Positions 18,423 to 27,758 are shown, numbered from the stretch's first letter. The stretch is DNA of 64,000 bases from a candidate division FCPU426 bacterium (GCA_030591525.1 JAUVAV010000011.1:309-64308), one strand, 5' to 3'. The notes: a model not told the origin generated them from the letters alone. Numbers and translations: made by a program.

Positions 18423-19106
18423 ATGTGGCTGTTTTTAATACTTCTGTTCATTCTGGGCTGGCTGCACAGCATGGTAAATCTTTCGCTGCTGAAAAAGCGC
18501 AGATATATCCTTATTTTCGCCCTGGGACTGTCGGCAATCAGCTATGGGCTGTTCCCCTTGGCGATTAAAATAAATGTGCAGACAATAAATCAAGCCATGC
18601 GTGACGCGAATATATTGAGTTTAGCCTGTACCTATCAAATTATCGAGGCTTTGGCGATTATGCTGCTGGCCCTGGTTTTAATTAAAAGTCACTATGGCGG
18701 GAAAGCAGCCGTTATTCCGGAATCGTCGGCTTTATTTCCATCCGGGGTTTTTCTGGGCGGCGTATTTATTTTCCAGGTGTATTTTTTTAATGTTATCCAT
18801 GATTTTCCGTTTCCCATAGCGGCTTTGATATTTTCACTGTTAATCCTGGCGATTGTTGGGGCATCGTCCTGGGTGATCCGGAACTTGATTTCAAGTTGGG
18901 CATGGCGGGTTGAAATTAAAATTCTGCTCTCGTTTTTCCAGATGGTATTGGCCATGTTTATTCCGCTGGTTGTGGCTGGCATGCGTACTAATGCGCAAGG
19001 ATATAAAATGAATGCCGTGGCGACCATAGTTACTTTAACTTGCATGATGATTCCGGTGATATTGGGGTTTAGCTTGAAAAGGTATTACTGTCAGGAGAAT
19101 ATATAA
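18423..19106 (+). CDS. Polytopic membrane protein (HmuT-like by position)
   Basis: About 7 hydrophobic segments; precedes the MotA-like, DUF2149 and CobN genes. Confidence 0.65.
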   Translation: MWLFLILLFILGWLHSMVNLSLLKKRRYILIFALGLSAISYGLFPLAIKINVQTINQAMRDANILSLACTYQIIEALAIMLLALVLIKSHYGGKAAVIPESSALFPSGVFLGGVFIFQVYFFNVIHDFPFPIAALIFSLLILAIVGASSWVIRNLISSWAWRVEIKILLSFFQMVLAMFIPLVVAGMRTNAQGYKMNAVATIVTLTCMMIPVILGFSLKRYYCQENI

Positions 19107-19699
19107 TGTTGATATTGACCAATACGCTCTATTTTGTGTCCACCGCGCTGCTCATACCGGTGATTGTTTTGCTGCTGCTGGCTTTTATATATGCCTTGAT
19201 AATGATAGGGGGATTTTACGGGGTGTATATTCAGCGCCTGAGATTCAAGCAGGCGAAAAAGCGGCTTCTGGAAAGAATCAGGCAAAGCGATATTCGCAGG
19301 ATGGATTTCAGCGGTATTGCCGAACATAACCAGCCGTTTTTAAATGGGTTAAGAAAATTAGCCCAGACTGCGTGGCATCCGGTCCATGGCGGGAAAATAA
19401 TCACTGATCAGGAACTCGAAGGAGCCAGGGAACTGGAGGGCGCGAAAATTCTGATGCGTATCGGGCCCATGCTGGGACTTATGGGGACTTTGATCCCCAT
19501 GGGGCCGGCCCTGGCCGGGCTGGCCGCCGGGGATATTGCGGCCATGGCTACGAATATGCAGATTGCTTTTTCCACGACTGTGGTCGGGATATTTGTAGGC
19601 GCAATTGGTTTTGGCGCGCAAATGGTAAAACAGCGCTGGATGATTGAAGACATAAGAGATCTTCGGTACGTTTTTGATTTGGCTTTGGGTGGGCAATAA
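19106..19699 (+). CDS. MotA/TolQ/ExbB-family protein (HmuU-like)
   Basis: RIGPMLGLMGTLIPMGPALAGLAAGD, NMQIAFSTTVVG: the subtype found beside CobN-like chelatases. Confidence 0.85.
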   Translation: MLILTNTLYFVSTALLIPVIVLLLLAFIYALIMIGGFYGVYIQRLRFKQAKKRLLERIRQSDIRRMDFSGIAEHNQPFLNGLRKLAQTAWHPVHGGKIITDQELEGARELEGAKILMRIGPMLGLMGTLIPMGPALAGLAAGDIAAMATNMQIAFSTTVVGIFVGAIGFGAQMVKQRWMIEDIRDLRYVFDLALGGQ

Positions 19700-19702
19700 A
19701 TC

Positions 19703-20032
19703 ATGGCGCGCAGAGCGGGTATTTTCGAGCAATTGCAGGAAACGGATAATGATCCCTTGAGCGGCATGGCTAATCTCTTTGATTTGGCCATGGTCTTCGC
19801 GGTCGCCCTGATGGTGGCCATGGTGGTATATTTCAAGCTGCCGGAATTGCTTTCATCCGATGATTTTACCATGATCAAGAATGCCGGAAAGGAAAATATG
19901 GAGATCATTGTTAAAAAAGGCCGGGAAATAACCAAATACAAAGGCACGCAAAACCAGGGTCAGGGCAAAGGAAAACGCGTAGGCGCGGCCTATGAGCTGG
20001 AAGACGGCCGGATTATTTACGTGCCGGAGTAG
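19703..20032 (+). CDS. DUF2149 protein (HmuV-like)
   Basis: DPLSGMANLFDLAMVFAVALM, IKNAG, G.G.RVG.AY.L.DG.IIYVPE. Confidence 0.88.
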   Translation: MARRAGIFEQLQETDNDPLSGMANLFDLAMVFAVALMVAMVVYFKLPELLSSDDFTMIKNAGKENMEIIVKKGREITKYKGTQNQGQGKGKRVGAAYELEDGRIIYVPE

Positions 20033-20065
20033 AGGGCACATTATTCAACCTGAAAGGATTACTGA

Positions 20066-23000
20066 ATGAAGACAATCATGGTAAATATTATGGGATTGCT
20101 TAAAAAACCATATATCATTGCCGGTCTTTTAGCCATCGGGTTGGCCGGCGCGGTCTATGTGAAATTCATCAGCCCGACCAACCTAGCTTTCATTAATTTC
20201 ACGGATTCACAATACGCGCAGATACTTCAGGTGAAGGGCAATCCCTTTATACGGGTGAAACGCATCTCGTTCAAACCGGAAAAAACACCTGGTTTGAAAA
20301 AGTATACGGCTATCTATATTTTCGGCATGGGCCTGAACCTGAATGAAAAGCAGATGAAAAGCATCCGGGCGGCTATGAATAAAGGAAGCAAAGTATATGT
20401 CTATGCAGCTACCAGCAGCGGTAGTGATTTGACCAATCTGGCGGGAGATAATCTGAAATATGTTGAAGCCTGTTTCAGTAATGGCGGGCGCAGGAATATG
20501 CACGCCCTGTTGAATTACAGCCGCCGGATATTTGATGGAAAAACATTGTTCGGCCGGCCGTTGGCAGAGCCGCAAATCATACCCCATGATGTCTTTTTCC
20601 ATCTGGGCGAGGAAGAGTTTTTTGCTGATTACAAAAAGTATCAGGAATTTTACGAGACCAAGGGGTATTACAAACCTGAAGGCGCGAAGATTTGTATCCT
20701 GACGACTAATCTCGGCCCCAGAAACCGGAATAACCGGGCCGCGGTGGATGCCCTGATAAGGGATTTAGAGGCGCGCGGCATGAATGTTTATCCGGCAGCC
20801 GGGTTCATGCAACGCCTGGATTTCCTGAAAGCCGTGAATCCGGATTTGGCCGTGTTGATGCCGCATGGACGGCTGGCCATGGGCCGGGCGGCTGAAGCCG
20901 TCGCTTATCTTGGAGAGAAAAATATTCCCTTGCTTTGTCCGATTCATATCTTTGGCCCCTATGATGAGTGGCTAAAGGACCAACAGGGCATGGCCGGGGG
21001 CATGCTGAGCCAGAGCATTGTTATGCCGGAGTTGGACGGCGGGATTGATCCTTATGTCATTGGCGCTCAGTTTAAAAACAAAGATGGATTGTATGTTTTC
21101 CAACCCATACCGGAAAGGATTAAACGGTTTGGCCGGCGGGTGGAAAATTGGATCAGATTGCAGCGCCTGCCGAATTCTGGAAAAAAAGTGGCGATTGTCT
21201 ATTACAAAGGTCCGGGTTTAAACGCCATGTCAGCCGGCGGTCTGGAAGTAGGACCATCGATGCTGAATGTGCTCCGTCATTTGAAACAACGGGGGTTTAA
21301 TACCGGCGTTTTGCCGGAAAATAACCAGGTCTTGATGGAGCGGATTCAAAAAGAAGGCCCGGTTTTGGGCGCTTACGCCAAGGGGTCTTTTCAAAAATAT
21401 TTAGATAATGGAAATCCAAAACTAATTCCCGTGCCAACCTATTCCGCCTGGTGTCAACAGCAGCTGAAACCGGAAATGGTCAAAGATATAGAAGCAAATT
21501 ACGGGCCGGCTCCGGGAGCATATATGCAAGTTACCAAAGGCGAGGAGAGATATATTGCAGTAGCCCGGATCCGGTTCGGCAATGTGGTTATCCTGCCCCA
21601 GCCTTTGCCCGGATATGGCGATAATGAATCCAAACTGATTCATGGGATCAAAAAAGCGCCGCCCCATTCATATGTGGCTGCTTATCTCTGGGCAAAAAAC
21701 GGGTTTAAAGCGGACGCGATTGTTCATTTCGGCACGCACGGCAGCCTGGAATTTACGCCCTGGAAACAGGCGGCCCTGTCGCAATATGATTGGCCGGACG
21801 CGTTGATCGGCGATTTGCCGCATCCCTATATTTATGTGATCAACAATATCGGCGAGGCCATGATAGCCAAGCGCAGAAGCTATGCGGTTATTGCTTCGCA
21901 CCTGACCCCGCCGTTTACCGAGGCGGACCTGTACGGAAAATTATCAGAGCTTCACAATGCCCTGCACAGCTATTTCAGCACGGAGAGCAAGGCATTAAAG
22001 CAGGAATACCGGGAAACCATCAAGACCTTGGTTTATAAAATGGAACTGCATAAAGACCTGGAATTAGAGGAAAAAGAAAAAGGCGCTTTGCCGGAAGCGG
22101 CCATTCATAAAATACATAATCATATTCATGCGCTGGAACAGGAAAAAATCACCCGCGGGCTTTATACCCTTGGCAGGAGTTACCGCCAAACGGATGTTTA
22201 TGAAACCGTAAGACTAATGGCCATTGATGCGATCGCGTACAGCCGGGCCGGGCTGGACTTATTACAAGGAAAGATAAAAGCAGAGGATATGGAAAACCAA
22301 CACAAGTTTGACAAAATGTACCGCCAAAAGGCTTATGCCGTTATTGACAATATCCTGCTGCACAATTATTCTCCTGCCGGATATCTGGACAAGCAGGACC
22401 TGGAGCAGCTGGCTGCCTGGGAAAAACTGCATGCCAGACCCAGCGATGACGAAATGATGGCCAGCATGATGGCCATGGCAATGGACAGCCAGGGTAAGAA
22501 GAAAAAAACGCCGGAAAAAGCGAAAAAAACCGATCTTGGCCGGTTGAAAGTTCTGGTACTGGAAATAGCGCCTGATCCAAAAAAACAAGAATTTATTTTA
22601 TCCCTGAAAAACGGGAAAAACTTTACGCGTGTATCCGCTCTTTTAGATCCGGAAAGCATGAAAAAAGCGGTTAAGGTCGTAAAGTGCGTTCCTGCCATGA
22701 GGGAAAAACTTGAACTTTTTAAGGATCCAAATATGCTGGAACTGGTCGGTCTTATGCAGAATTCGAAGAGCCGCGAGACGGTGTTTAATCTGCTGGAGGA
22801 TAAGAACATGCGCGCGCAGATCCGGGATGAACAAAAAAAGCTGAAGGAGCAGGCGGTCTTAAAAGCCCTGGAACCGGATTATACCCGGGATATATTTCTG
22901 GCGATAAAGCCGGAAAAATACCGGCCAACGATTGCCGGCTGGCACAAAAACCGCTTACTGGTTTTTAAGAACCATATCGGCTTTTACCTTGAAAATAAAG

Positions 23001-24820
23001 ACCTGGCCGGCGAAATCGCCAGGACCGGAAATAAAGACGCCCGGGCATTGGCGGCAGTCTTACGAAGCGGGAAAGCGCTGGGAGCGGTTAAGGAGTCTGC
23101 CCGTCTGGCAGATAAGAAAATTGCAGAATGGGAAGCCCGGGAGGCGGATTATGTTGCGGCTGTGCGGACATACCGCGATACGCTTTTTTCAATCAAAGAT
23201 TATCATGCTGCTTTGGAAAAATCGACGCAAGCAGAGATGGCGGCCATCACGCGGGCCTTGTCCGGCGGATATTTATCCCCATCCTCAGGCGGAGATCCGA
23301 TCGGCAATCCCCGGTCAGTTCCGACCGGACGGAATCTTTTTGCCATTGACGCGGAAAAAACGCCGACCAAAGAAGCCTGGAAGGTTGGAGTAAAACTGGC
23401 GGATGCCTTAATCGCCGCCAGGCTCAGCCGGACTGGCAAGTATCCGCAAAAAGCGGCATTTACTTTATGGGGAGGCGAATTTATCCGCGCGAAAGGGATT
23501 AACCTGGCCCAGATATTTTACCTGCTGGGCGTGGAACCTGTGAGGAATTCCCGGGGATCTGTCCATGATGTCAGGCTGATACCCATGGAAAAATTGAAGC
23601 GGCCAAGGATAGATGTAGTTGTGCAGACTTCGGGTCAGTTCCGGGATATAGCGGCCTCGCGGGTTTATTTGATAAATAAAGCCGTGGAACTGGCCGGCCG
23701 GGCTGATGATGGGGACCAATATGAAAACCATGTAAAAGCCGGAACCATCAAAGCCGAGGCAATTATGAAAGCCAAAGGTCTTTCGCCTGAGCAGGCCAGA
23801 AAATTCGCCGCAGCCCGGGTGTTCGGCGGAGTCAATGGAAATTACGGAACAGCCATCATGGGCAAGGTGGAATCAGGCGATAAATGGGAAGACGAAAAAG
23901 AAATCACCGATCAATATTTAAAAAACATGGGAGCGGTTTATACCAAAGAAAATTGGGGGTTTTATCAGGCCGGAATTTTCGAAGGCGCTTTGCAAAACAC
24001 GGATACAGTGGTGCATCCTCGTTCTTCCAACACTTATGGTCCATTATCCCTGGATCATTACTATGAATTTATGGGAGGTCTCAACGCGGTAGTGCGCCAG
24101 GTTACGGGCAACGACCCCGAGGCATTCTTTAATGACCTGCGCAACCGCTATAACCCACGGGTTCAGGGCGTAAAAGAAGCCATCTGGGTGGAAGCCAGAA
24201 CCACGATATTTAATCCCAAGTATATCAAGGATCTCCAGGCCGGCGGGGCCTCGTCGGCCGAGGTGTTCGCGGAAACGGTCCGCAATACTTATGGATGGAA
24301 TGTGATGAAACCAAACGCGATTGACAAGGAAATATGGGAGGGGATTGAGTCAGTCTATATTCAGGATAAATATAAACTGGGCATGGAAAAGTACTTTCGG
24401 GATAAGAATCCTTACGCTTTGCAGGAGATAACCGCAGTCATGCTGGAGACTATTCGCAAGGGCTACTGGCAGCCCGATGCGGCGGTCATTAAGCGTATCG
24501 CTGAATTACATGCCAGGCTGGTGATAGATCATAAAGCCGGATGCAGCGGGTTTGTATGCGATAACGCGAAATTGCAAGCCATGATTCAAAATGCGCTGAA
24601 GCCGGAAATGAAAGCGGATTATAAACGGCAGATTGATTCAGCCAGGGTGGGAGAAACAGGAGAGAAGAAAAAGGGAATGGAATTGAAAAAAGAAAAGATG
24701 AGCCTGGAGAAGGTCAAGGAGCTGGTTAAGGAAAACATAACTACGGTTGTGGCAGTGTTTATAATTCTATTGCTGTTTTCCGCGGCCGTGATTGTCGGCA
24801 TGGCCAGACATAGAAAATAG
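20066..24820 (+). CDS. CobN/magnesium-chelatase-H family protein, membrane-anchored (HmuS/BtuS-like)
   Basis: PELDG, HFGTHGSLEF, AKRRS, PTGRNL, RPRIDVVVQTSGQFRD, EARTTIFNPKYI, CSGFVCDN. TM segments at both termini. Confidence 0.92.
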   Translation: MKTIMVNIMGLLKKPYIIAGLLAIGLAGAVYVKFISPTNLAFINFTDSQYAQILQVKGNPFIRVKRISFKPEKTPGLKKYTAIYIFGMGLNLNEKQMKSIRAAMNKGSKVYVYAATSSGSDLTNLAGDNLKYVEACFSNGGRRNMHALLNYSRRIFDGKTLFGRPLAEPQIIPHDVFFHLGEEEFFADYKKYQEFYETKGYYKPEGAKICILTTNLGPRNRNNRAAVDALIRDLEARGMNVYPAAGFMQRLDFLKAVNPDLAVLMPHGRLAMGRAAEAVAYLGEKNIPLLCPIHIFGPYDEWLKDQQGMAGGMLSQSIVMPELDGGIDPYVIGAQFKNKDGLYVFQPIPERIKRFGRRVENWIRLQRLPNSGKKVAIVYYKGPGLNAMSAGGLEVGPSMLNVLRHLKQRGFNTGVLPENNQVLMERIQKEGPVLGAYAKGSFQKYLDNGNPKLIPVPTYSAWCQQQLKPEMVKDIEANYGPAPGAYMQVTKGEERYIAVARIRFGNVVILPQPLPGYGDNESKLIHGIKKAPPHSYVAAYLWAKNGFKADAIVHFGTHGSLEFTPWKQAALSQYDWPDALIGDLPHPYIYVINNIGEAMIAKRRSYAVIASHLTPPFTEADLYGKLSELHNALHSYFSTESKALKQEYRETIKTLVYKMELHKDLELEEKEKGALPEAAIHKIHNHIHALEQEKITRGLYTLGRSYRQTDVYETVRLMAIDAIAYSRAGLDLLQGKIKAEDMENQHKFDKMYRQKAYAVIDNILLHNYSPAGYLDKQDLEQLAAWEKLHARPSDDEMMASMMAMAMDSQGKKKKTPEKAKKTDLGRLKVLVLEIAPDPKKQEFILSLKNGKNFTRVSALLDPESMKKAVKVVKCVPAMREKLELFKDPNMLELVGLMQNSKSRETVFNLLEDKNMRAQIRDEQKKLKEQAVLKALEPDYTRDIFLAIKPEKYRPTIAGWHKNRLLVFKNHIGFYLENKDLAGEIARTGNKDARALAAVLRSGKALGAVKESARLADKKIAEWEAREADYVAAVRTYRDTLFSIKDYHAALEKSTQAEMAAITRALSGGYLSPSSGGDPIGNPRSVPTGRNLFAIDAEKTPTKEAWKVGVKLADALIAARLSRTGKYPQKAAFTLWGGEFIRAKGINLAQIFYLLGVEPVRNSRGSVHDVRLIPMEKLKRPRIDVVVQTSGQFRDIAASRVYLINKAVELAGRADDGDQYENHVKAGTIKAEAIMKAKGLSPEQARKFAAARVFGGVNGNYGTAIMGKVESGDKWEDEKEITDQYLKNMGAVYTKENWGFYQAGIFEGALQNTDTVVHPRSSNTYGPLSLDHYYEFMGGLNAVVRQVTGNDPEAFFNDLRNRYNPRVQGVKEAIWVEARTTIFNPKYIKDLQAGGASSAEVFAETVRNTYGWNVMKPNAIDKEIWEGIESVYIQDKYKLGMEKYFRDKNPYALQEITAVMLETIRKGYWQPDAAVIKRIAELHARLVIDHKAGCSGFVCDNAKLQAMIQNALKPEMKADYKRQIDSARVGETGEKKKGMELKKEKMSLEKVKELVKENITTVVAVFIILLLFSAAVIVGMARHRK

Positions 24821-24832
24821 GGGATTGAGGTT

Positions 24833-24982
24833 ATGGAAACCAAAAAGGAAATCAGCCGGGATATGCTGGATGAAATTGTTCAATCAATCCAGTGGATAAA
24901 ATACGGGGAGGTGAGGATTATCGTTCATGATTCGAAGATTGTACAAATAGAAAAAATCGAAAAAAAACGCTTTCAAAACTAA
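24833..24982 (+). CDS. DUF2292 (YezD/OscA-like) micro-protein, 49 aa (absent from the ORF track)
   Basis: METKKEISRDMLDEIVQSIQWIKYGEVRIIVHDSKIVQIEKIEKKRFQN; pattern I.YG.V.I.VHD..IVQIE..EK.R; GAGG upstream. Confidence 0.85.
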   Translation: METKKEISRDMLDEIVQSIQWIKYGEVRIIVHDSKIVQIEKIEKKRFQN

Positions 24983-24995
24983 ACCAACCTGAAAA

Positions 24996-25064
24996 CCGAC
25001 CACGTCTGTGGAGATTAACAAGCGGCCCATCCGGAAATGCCCACTGGAAAACCAGAGAATTCCG
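24996..25064 (+). promoter_or_regulatory. Twin covarying hairpin motif in the leader of receptor 2
   Basis: CCGA-CCAC-gtct-GTGG-AGA (24996-25014) and CCCA-CTGG-aaaa-CCAG-AGA (25040-25058). Confidence 0.5.
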
Positions 25065-25098
25065 AAAAGAATATATCTAAAAAACGAGGAGGAGTGAA

Positions 25099-27114
25099 AT
25101 GCGAAAGTACATTACAGTATTAGCCATGCTGGGTGTGATTGCATGGGGAATGCCGGCAGTGGCGCAGCAGGAGATGGAGACAACGCCGGTGGCGGAACAA
25201 ACAGCGCCGGTGGCGGAACAAACAGCGCCGGTGGCGGAACAAACAGCGCCGATGGCGGAACAAGCAGCGCCGGCGGCGGAACAAGCAGCGCCGGCGGCGG
25301 ATTCCGCCGCTTCGGCAGAGAAAGAAATACCGAGTTTTCATTTAGATAAGATGGTGATCTCAGCCACTAAAACTGAGCACAAACTAGGCGATGTGCCAGT
25401 GGCAACCGAGATCATAACGCAGGAAGATATTCAGGCCAGAGGCGCAAAAACGGTTCAGGATGCGCTGCGGGGTCTGGCAGGGATAAAGATCAACAAATCG
25501 TGCGGCAGTTGGGGAGATAAAGGCAAAATAGAAATCCACGGCATGGACGCAAGTCAGACGCTTATTCTCGTGGACGGACAGAGAGCCGTTGGCGGGCATG
25601 CCAACGCTGTTGACCTTAACCAAATACCCGTGGAAATGATAGAAAGAATAGAGATTGTCAAAGGGCCCGGTTCCGCGCTTTATGGCAGCGATGCCATGGC
25701 CGGGGTGGTAAATATCATTACCAAATCAGCTCCGGATAAACCACGAATTTCAGTAGGAACATCCCTGGGCAGCCGGCAAACCCAAATCTATGAAGCCGGC
25801 GGCGGGATAAAGGCCGGAGATTTCGGCATCGGTGATTTCGGTGTGGACGTGAATTATACGCAACGACAATCAGACGGTATTAACGCAGAAACAGACAGGT
25901 ACATCGAGGACATGGTACAGGGGACTGTGCAATATTCATTTATGCCCCAAGCGAAATTGGCTGTCAAACCGTTTTACTCAAAAAACAAGATGGATTATGA
26001 AGGCCGCAATCAGGAGCGCCTGGGTCTGAATGCACTGTTTGATTGGTCTCCGGATAAATATTCCAAATTGAATTTCCGGGGCGGCTGGTTTAATTATCAG
26101 CATTATACTGAAGATAAAAGTACCGATTACACCGGCAATGATTATGATGCTGAAATCAATTACAACCATACTCTGTTTGAACACTACACGCTTACCGGCG
26201 GATACTCGTATTACAGCAAAAAACTAGACGATCCCGGCAAAGCTTATTCAGCGGATCAGATCCTGCATAGCGGACTGTTGCAGGCGGAATTGAATTTTGC
26301 TCCAGTGACAGCTGTTTTGGGAGCCAGGCTTGACAATCATGATCTTTGGGGAGCAGAAATTAATCCCAAAGGCAGCTTAATGTACAAGGTCATAGATGGT
26401 CAGGAAGCTTTGAGATTGAGAGCGTCGGTGGGAACCGCGTTTCGCGCTCCCAGTCTGGTCAAATTGTACGCTGATGGCTGGCGGATGGGACCTTGGGTAG
26501 TCAGGGCGAATCCTGATCTTAAGCCTGAGAAATCCATCGGTTATCAGGCAGGCGCGGAATACAATATGTCCACTTTGCTGCTGGCCAAAGTGGTGTACTT
26601 TTGCAATGAAATCAAGGATTTGATTAATTACCAAACGGATGTTGAAGTAATTCCGCAGCCATTCGGGCCTCCGATAATGAGAATGTATATGGACTGGGAC
26701 AATGTCAGTGAAGCTATGACGAGAGGTATCGAATACAGCCTGGCCGGTCACCCGATGGATAAGCTGTACCTCAAGTTAGGATACACTTTTATGTGGACCG
26801 AGGATAAAGAAACCGGAAAAGAATTGACCTACAAGCCTCAACATAAGCTGGATTTTAGCGCCAGTTACCGCATTCCCTTTATTGATGTGCTGCTGGTGGC
26901 TGAAGCGGAATATGTCGGCAAACGTTTTGCGGACGAGGCCAATGAAGACCCGCTGGGTGCGTACACTCTGTTGAATTTAGCCTTGTCCCGTAGTTTGCTT
27001 GACAATGCTGATGTGTTTGTCCGGGCGGATAATCTTACCGGCGAGAAAGATATCGCGGACGAATATGATATTGACGGCACCGTAGTGCTCGCTGGTTTGA
27101 AAGTGAAGTTCTAA
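25099..27114 (+). CDS. TonB-dependent receptor 2 (BtuB/CirA-like)
   Basis: Strong SD, signal peptide, DKMVISAT, ILVDG, IERIEIVKGPGSALYG, GTAFRAP, NPDLKPEKS, C-terminal F. Confidence 0.95.
   Translation: MRKYITVLAMLGVIAWGMPAVAQQEMETTPVAEQTAPVAEQTAPVAEQTAPMAEQAAPAAEQAAPAADSAASAEKEIPSFHLDKMVISATKTEHKLGDVPVATEIITQEDIQARGAKTVQDALRGLAGIKINKSCGSWGDKGKIEIHGMDASQTLILVDGQRAVGGHANAVDLNQIPVEMIERIEIVKGPGSALYGSDAMAGVVNIITKSAPDKPRISVGTSLGSRQTQIYEAGGGIKAGDFGIGDFGVDVNYTQRQSDGINAETDRYIEDMVQGTVQYSFMPQAKLAVKPFYSKNKMDYEGRNQERLGLNALFDWSPDKYSKLNFRGGWFNYQHYTEDKSTDYTGNDYDAEINYNHTLFEHYTLTGGYSYYSKKLDDPGKAYSADQILHSGLLQAELNFAPVTAVLGARLDNHDLWGAEINPKGSLMYKVIDGQEALRLRASVGTAFRAPSLVKLYADGWRMGPWVVRANPDLKPEKSIGYQAGAEYNMSTLLLAKVVYFCNEIKDLINYQTDVEVIPQPFGPPIMRMYMDWDNVSEAMTRGIEYSLAGHPMDKLYLKLGYTFMWTEDKETGKELTYKPQHKLDFSASYRIPFIDVLLVAEAEYVGKRFADEANEDPLGAYTLLNLALSRSLLDNADVFVRADNLTGEKDIADEYDIDGTVVLAGLKVKF
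25184..25301 (+). repeat. 21-bp coding tandem repeat (~5.6 copies, APVAEQT)
   Basis: cgccggtggcggaacaaacag repeated, drifting to cgccggcggcggaacaagcag. Confidence 0.92.
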
Positions 27115-27125
27115 CCGATAGTTAT

Positions 27126-27153
27126 GTAGGGGCGATTCGCGAATCGCCCCTAC
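27126..27153. repeat. 28-bp perfect GTAG REP palindrome
   Basis: gtaggggcgattcgcgaatcgcccctac. Confidence 0.85.
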
Positions 27154-27168
27154 TATCCGGAGGTGAGT

Positions 27169-27402
27169 ATGGAAATAATTAAAATTGTCGATTCGCAAAG
27201 GAATGTATGTTTTTTGAAATTGCCTGAGGCCTGGCTCAGGCGGCCAAAACCCACTGATTTCCGTTTTCTGGATATTGAAAAGCGCGAATTCATAAGTAAG
27301 AAGGTCTGCGGATCGCTGCTGGAAGTTATGGCGCAACGCCATAACGCCTTGTGCGGCCTGGGCCACAAATGCCCGCGCATGCTGGGGTTTAATTTGAATT
27401 GA
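27169..27402 (+). CDS. Small hypothetical Cys/His-containing protein (77 aa)
   Basis: GGAGGT just upstream of the ATG; 4 Cys and 2 His; no family recognised. Confidence 0.45.
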   Translation: MEIIKIVDSQRNVCFLKLPEAWLRRPKPTDFRFLDIEKREFISKKVCGSLLEVMAQRHNALCGLGHKCPRMLGFNLN

Positions 27403-27443
27403 AGGCCATAAAGGGGATGATATAGAGTTCAACCTGAGGGAGG

Positions 27444-27626
27444 ATGAGGAAAATGAATATTGACGGCGATATTGATGAGGCAGCGCTTAAAAAAACGCAG
27501 GCCCGGGTAGAGGTGGAACGGGGGAATTATCAACGGGCCATTGAACATCTGGAAGAGGCCCAGTATCTGCAGCCCCAGCCGCACGTGGCCAAATATCTTG
27601 AGCAGGTCAGGAGAATGGTTAAATAA
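27444..27626 (+). pseudogene. Duplicated 3' fragment of the TPR gene (or single-TPR mini-protein); contains direct repeat copy 2 (27497-27611)
   Basis: QARVEVERGNYQRAIEHLEEAQYLQPQPHVAKYLEQVRR is almost identical to the end of 17090-18412. Confidence 0.75.
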
Positions 27627-27758
27627 AAAAAAACCGCCGGGCCCCGGGCTTTGCCCGGGTTTGGGGACAGGTAGCATTGCTTATATTCATGTTGATTTCC
27701 GGTTGTTTTTTAAATATAGTCTCTTTAAAATGGATGAAGTAATAAAAAGCGGTGCATA

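Noticed and set aside
20066-24820. De novo cobalamin or chlorophyll biosynthesis cluster
   Set aside because: No other cob, cbi or bch genes and no chelatase ATPases; the dual membrane anchors and uptake context argue for salvage.
25020-25070. Cobalamin riboswitch before receptor 2 (gcccactgg)
   Set aside because: The space is too short and lacks the GGGAA, CCCGC-ACTGT and B12-box elements in order.
25120-25349. Arg-rich and Gly-rich ORFs in alternative frames
   Set aside because: Frame-shifted readings of the 21-bp coding repeat.
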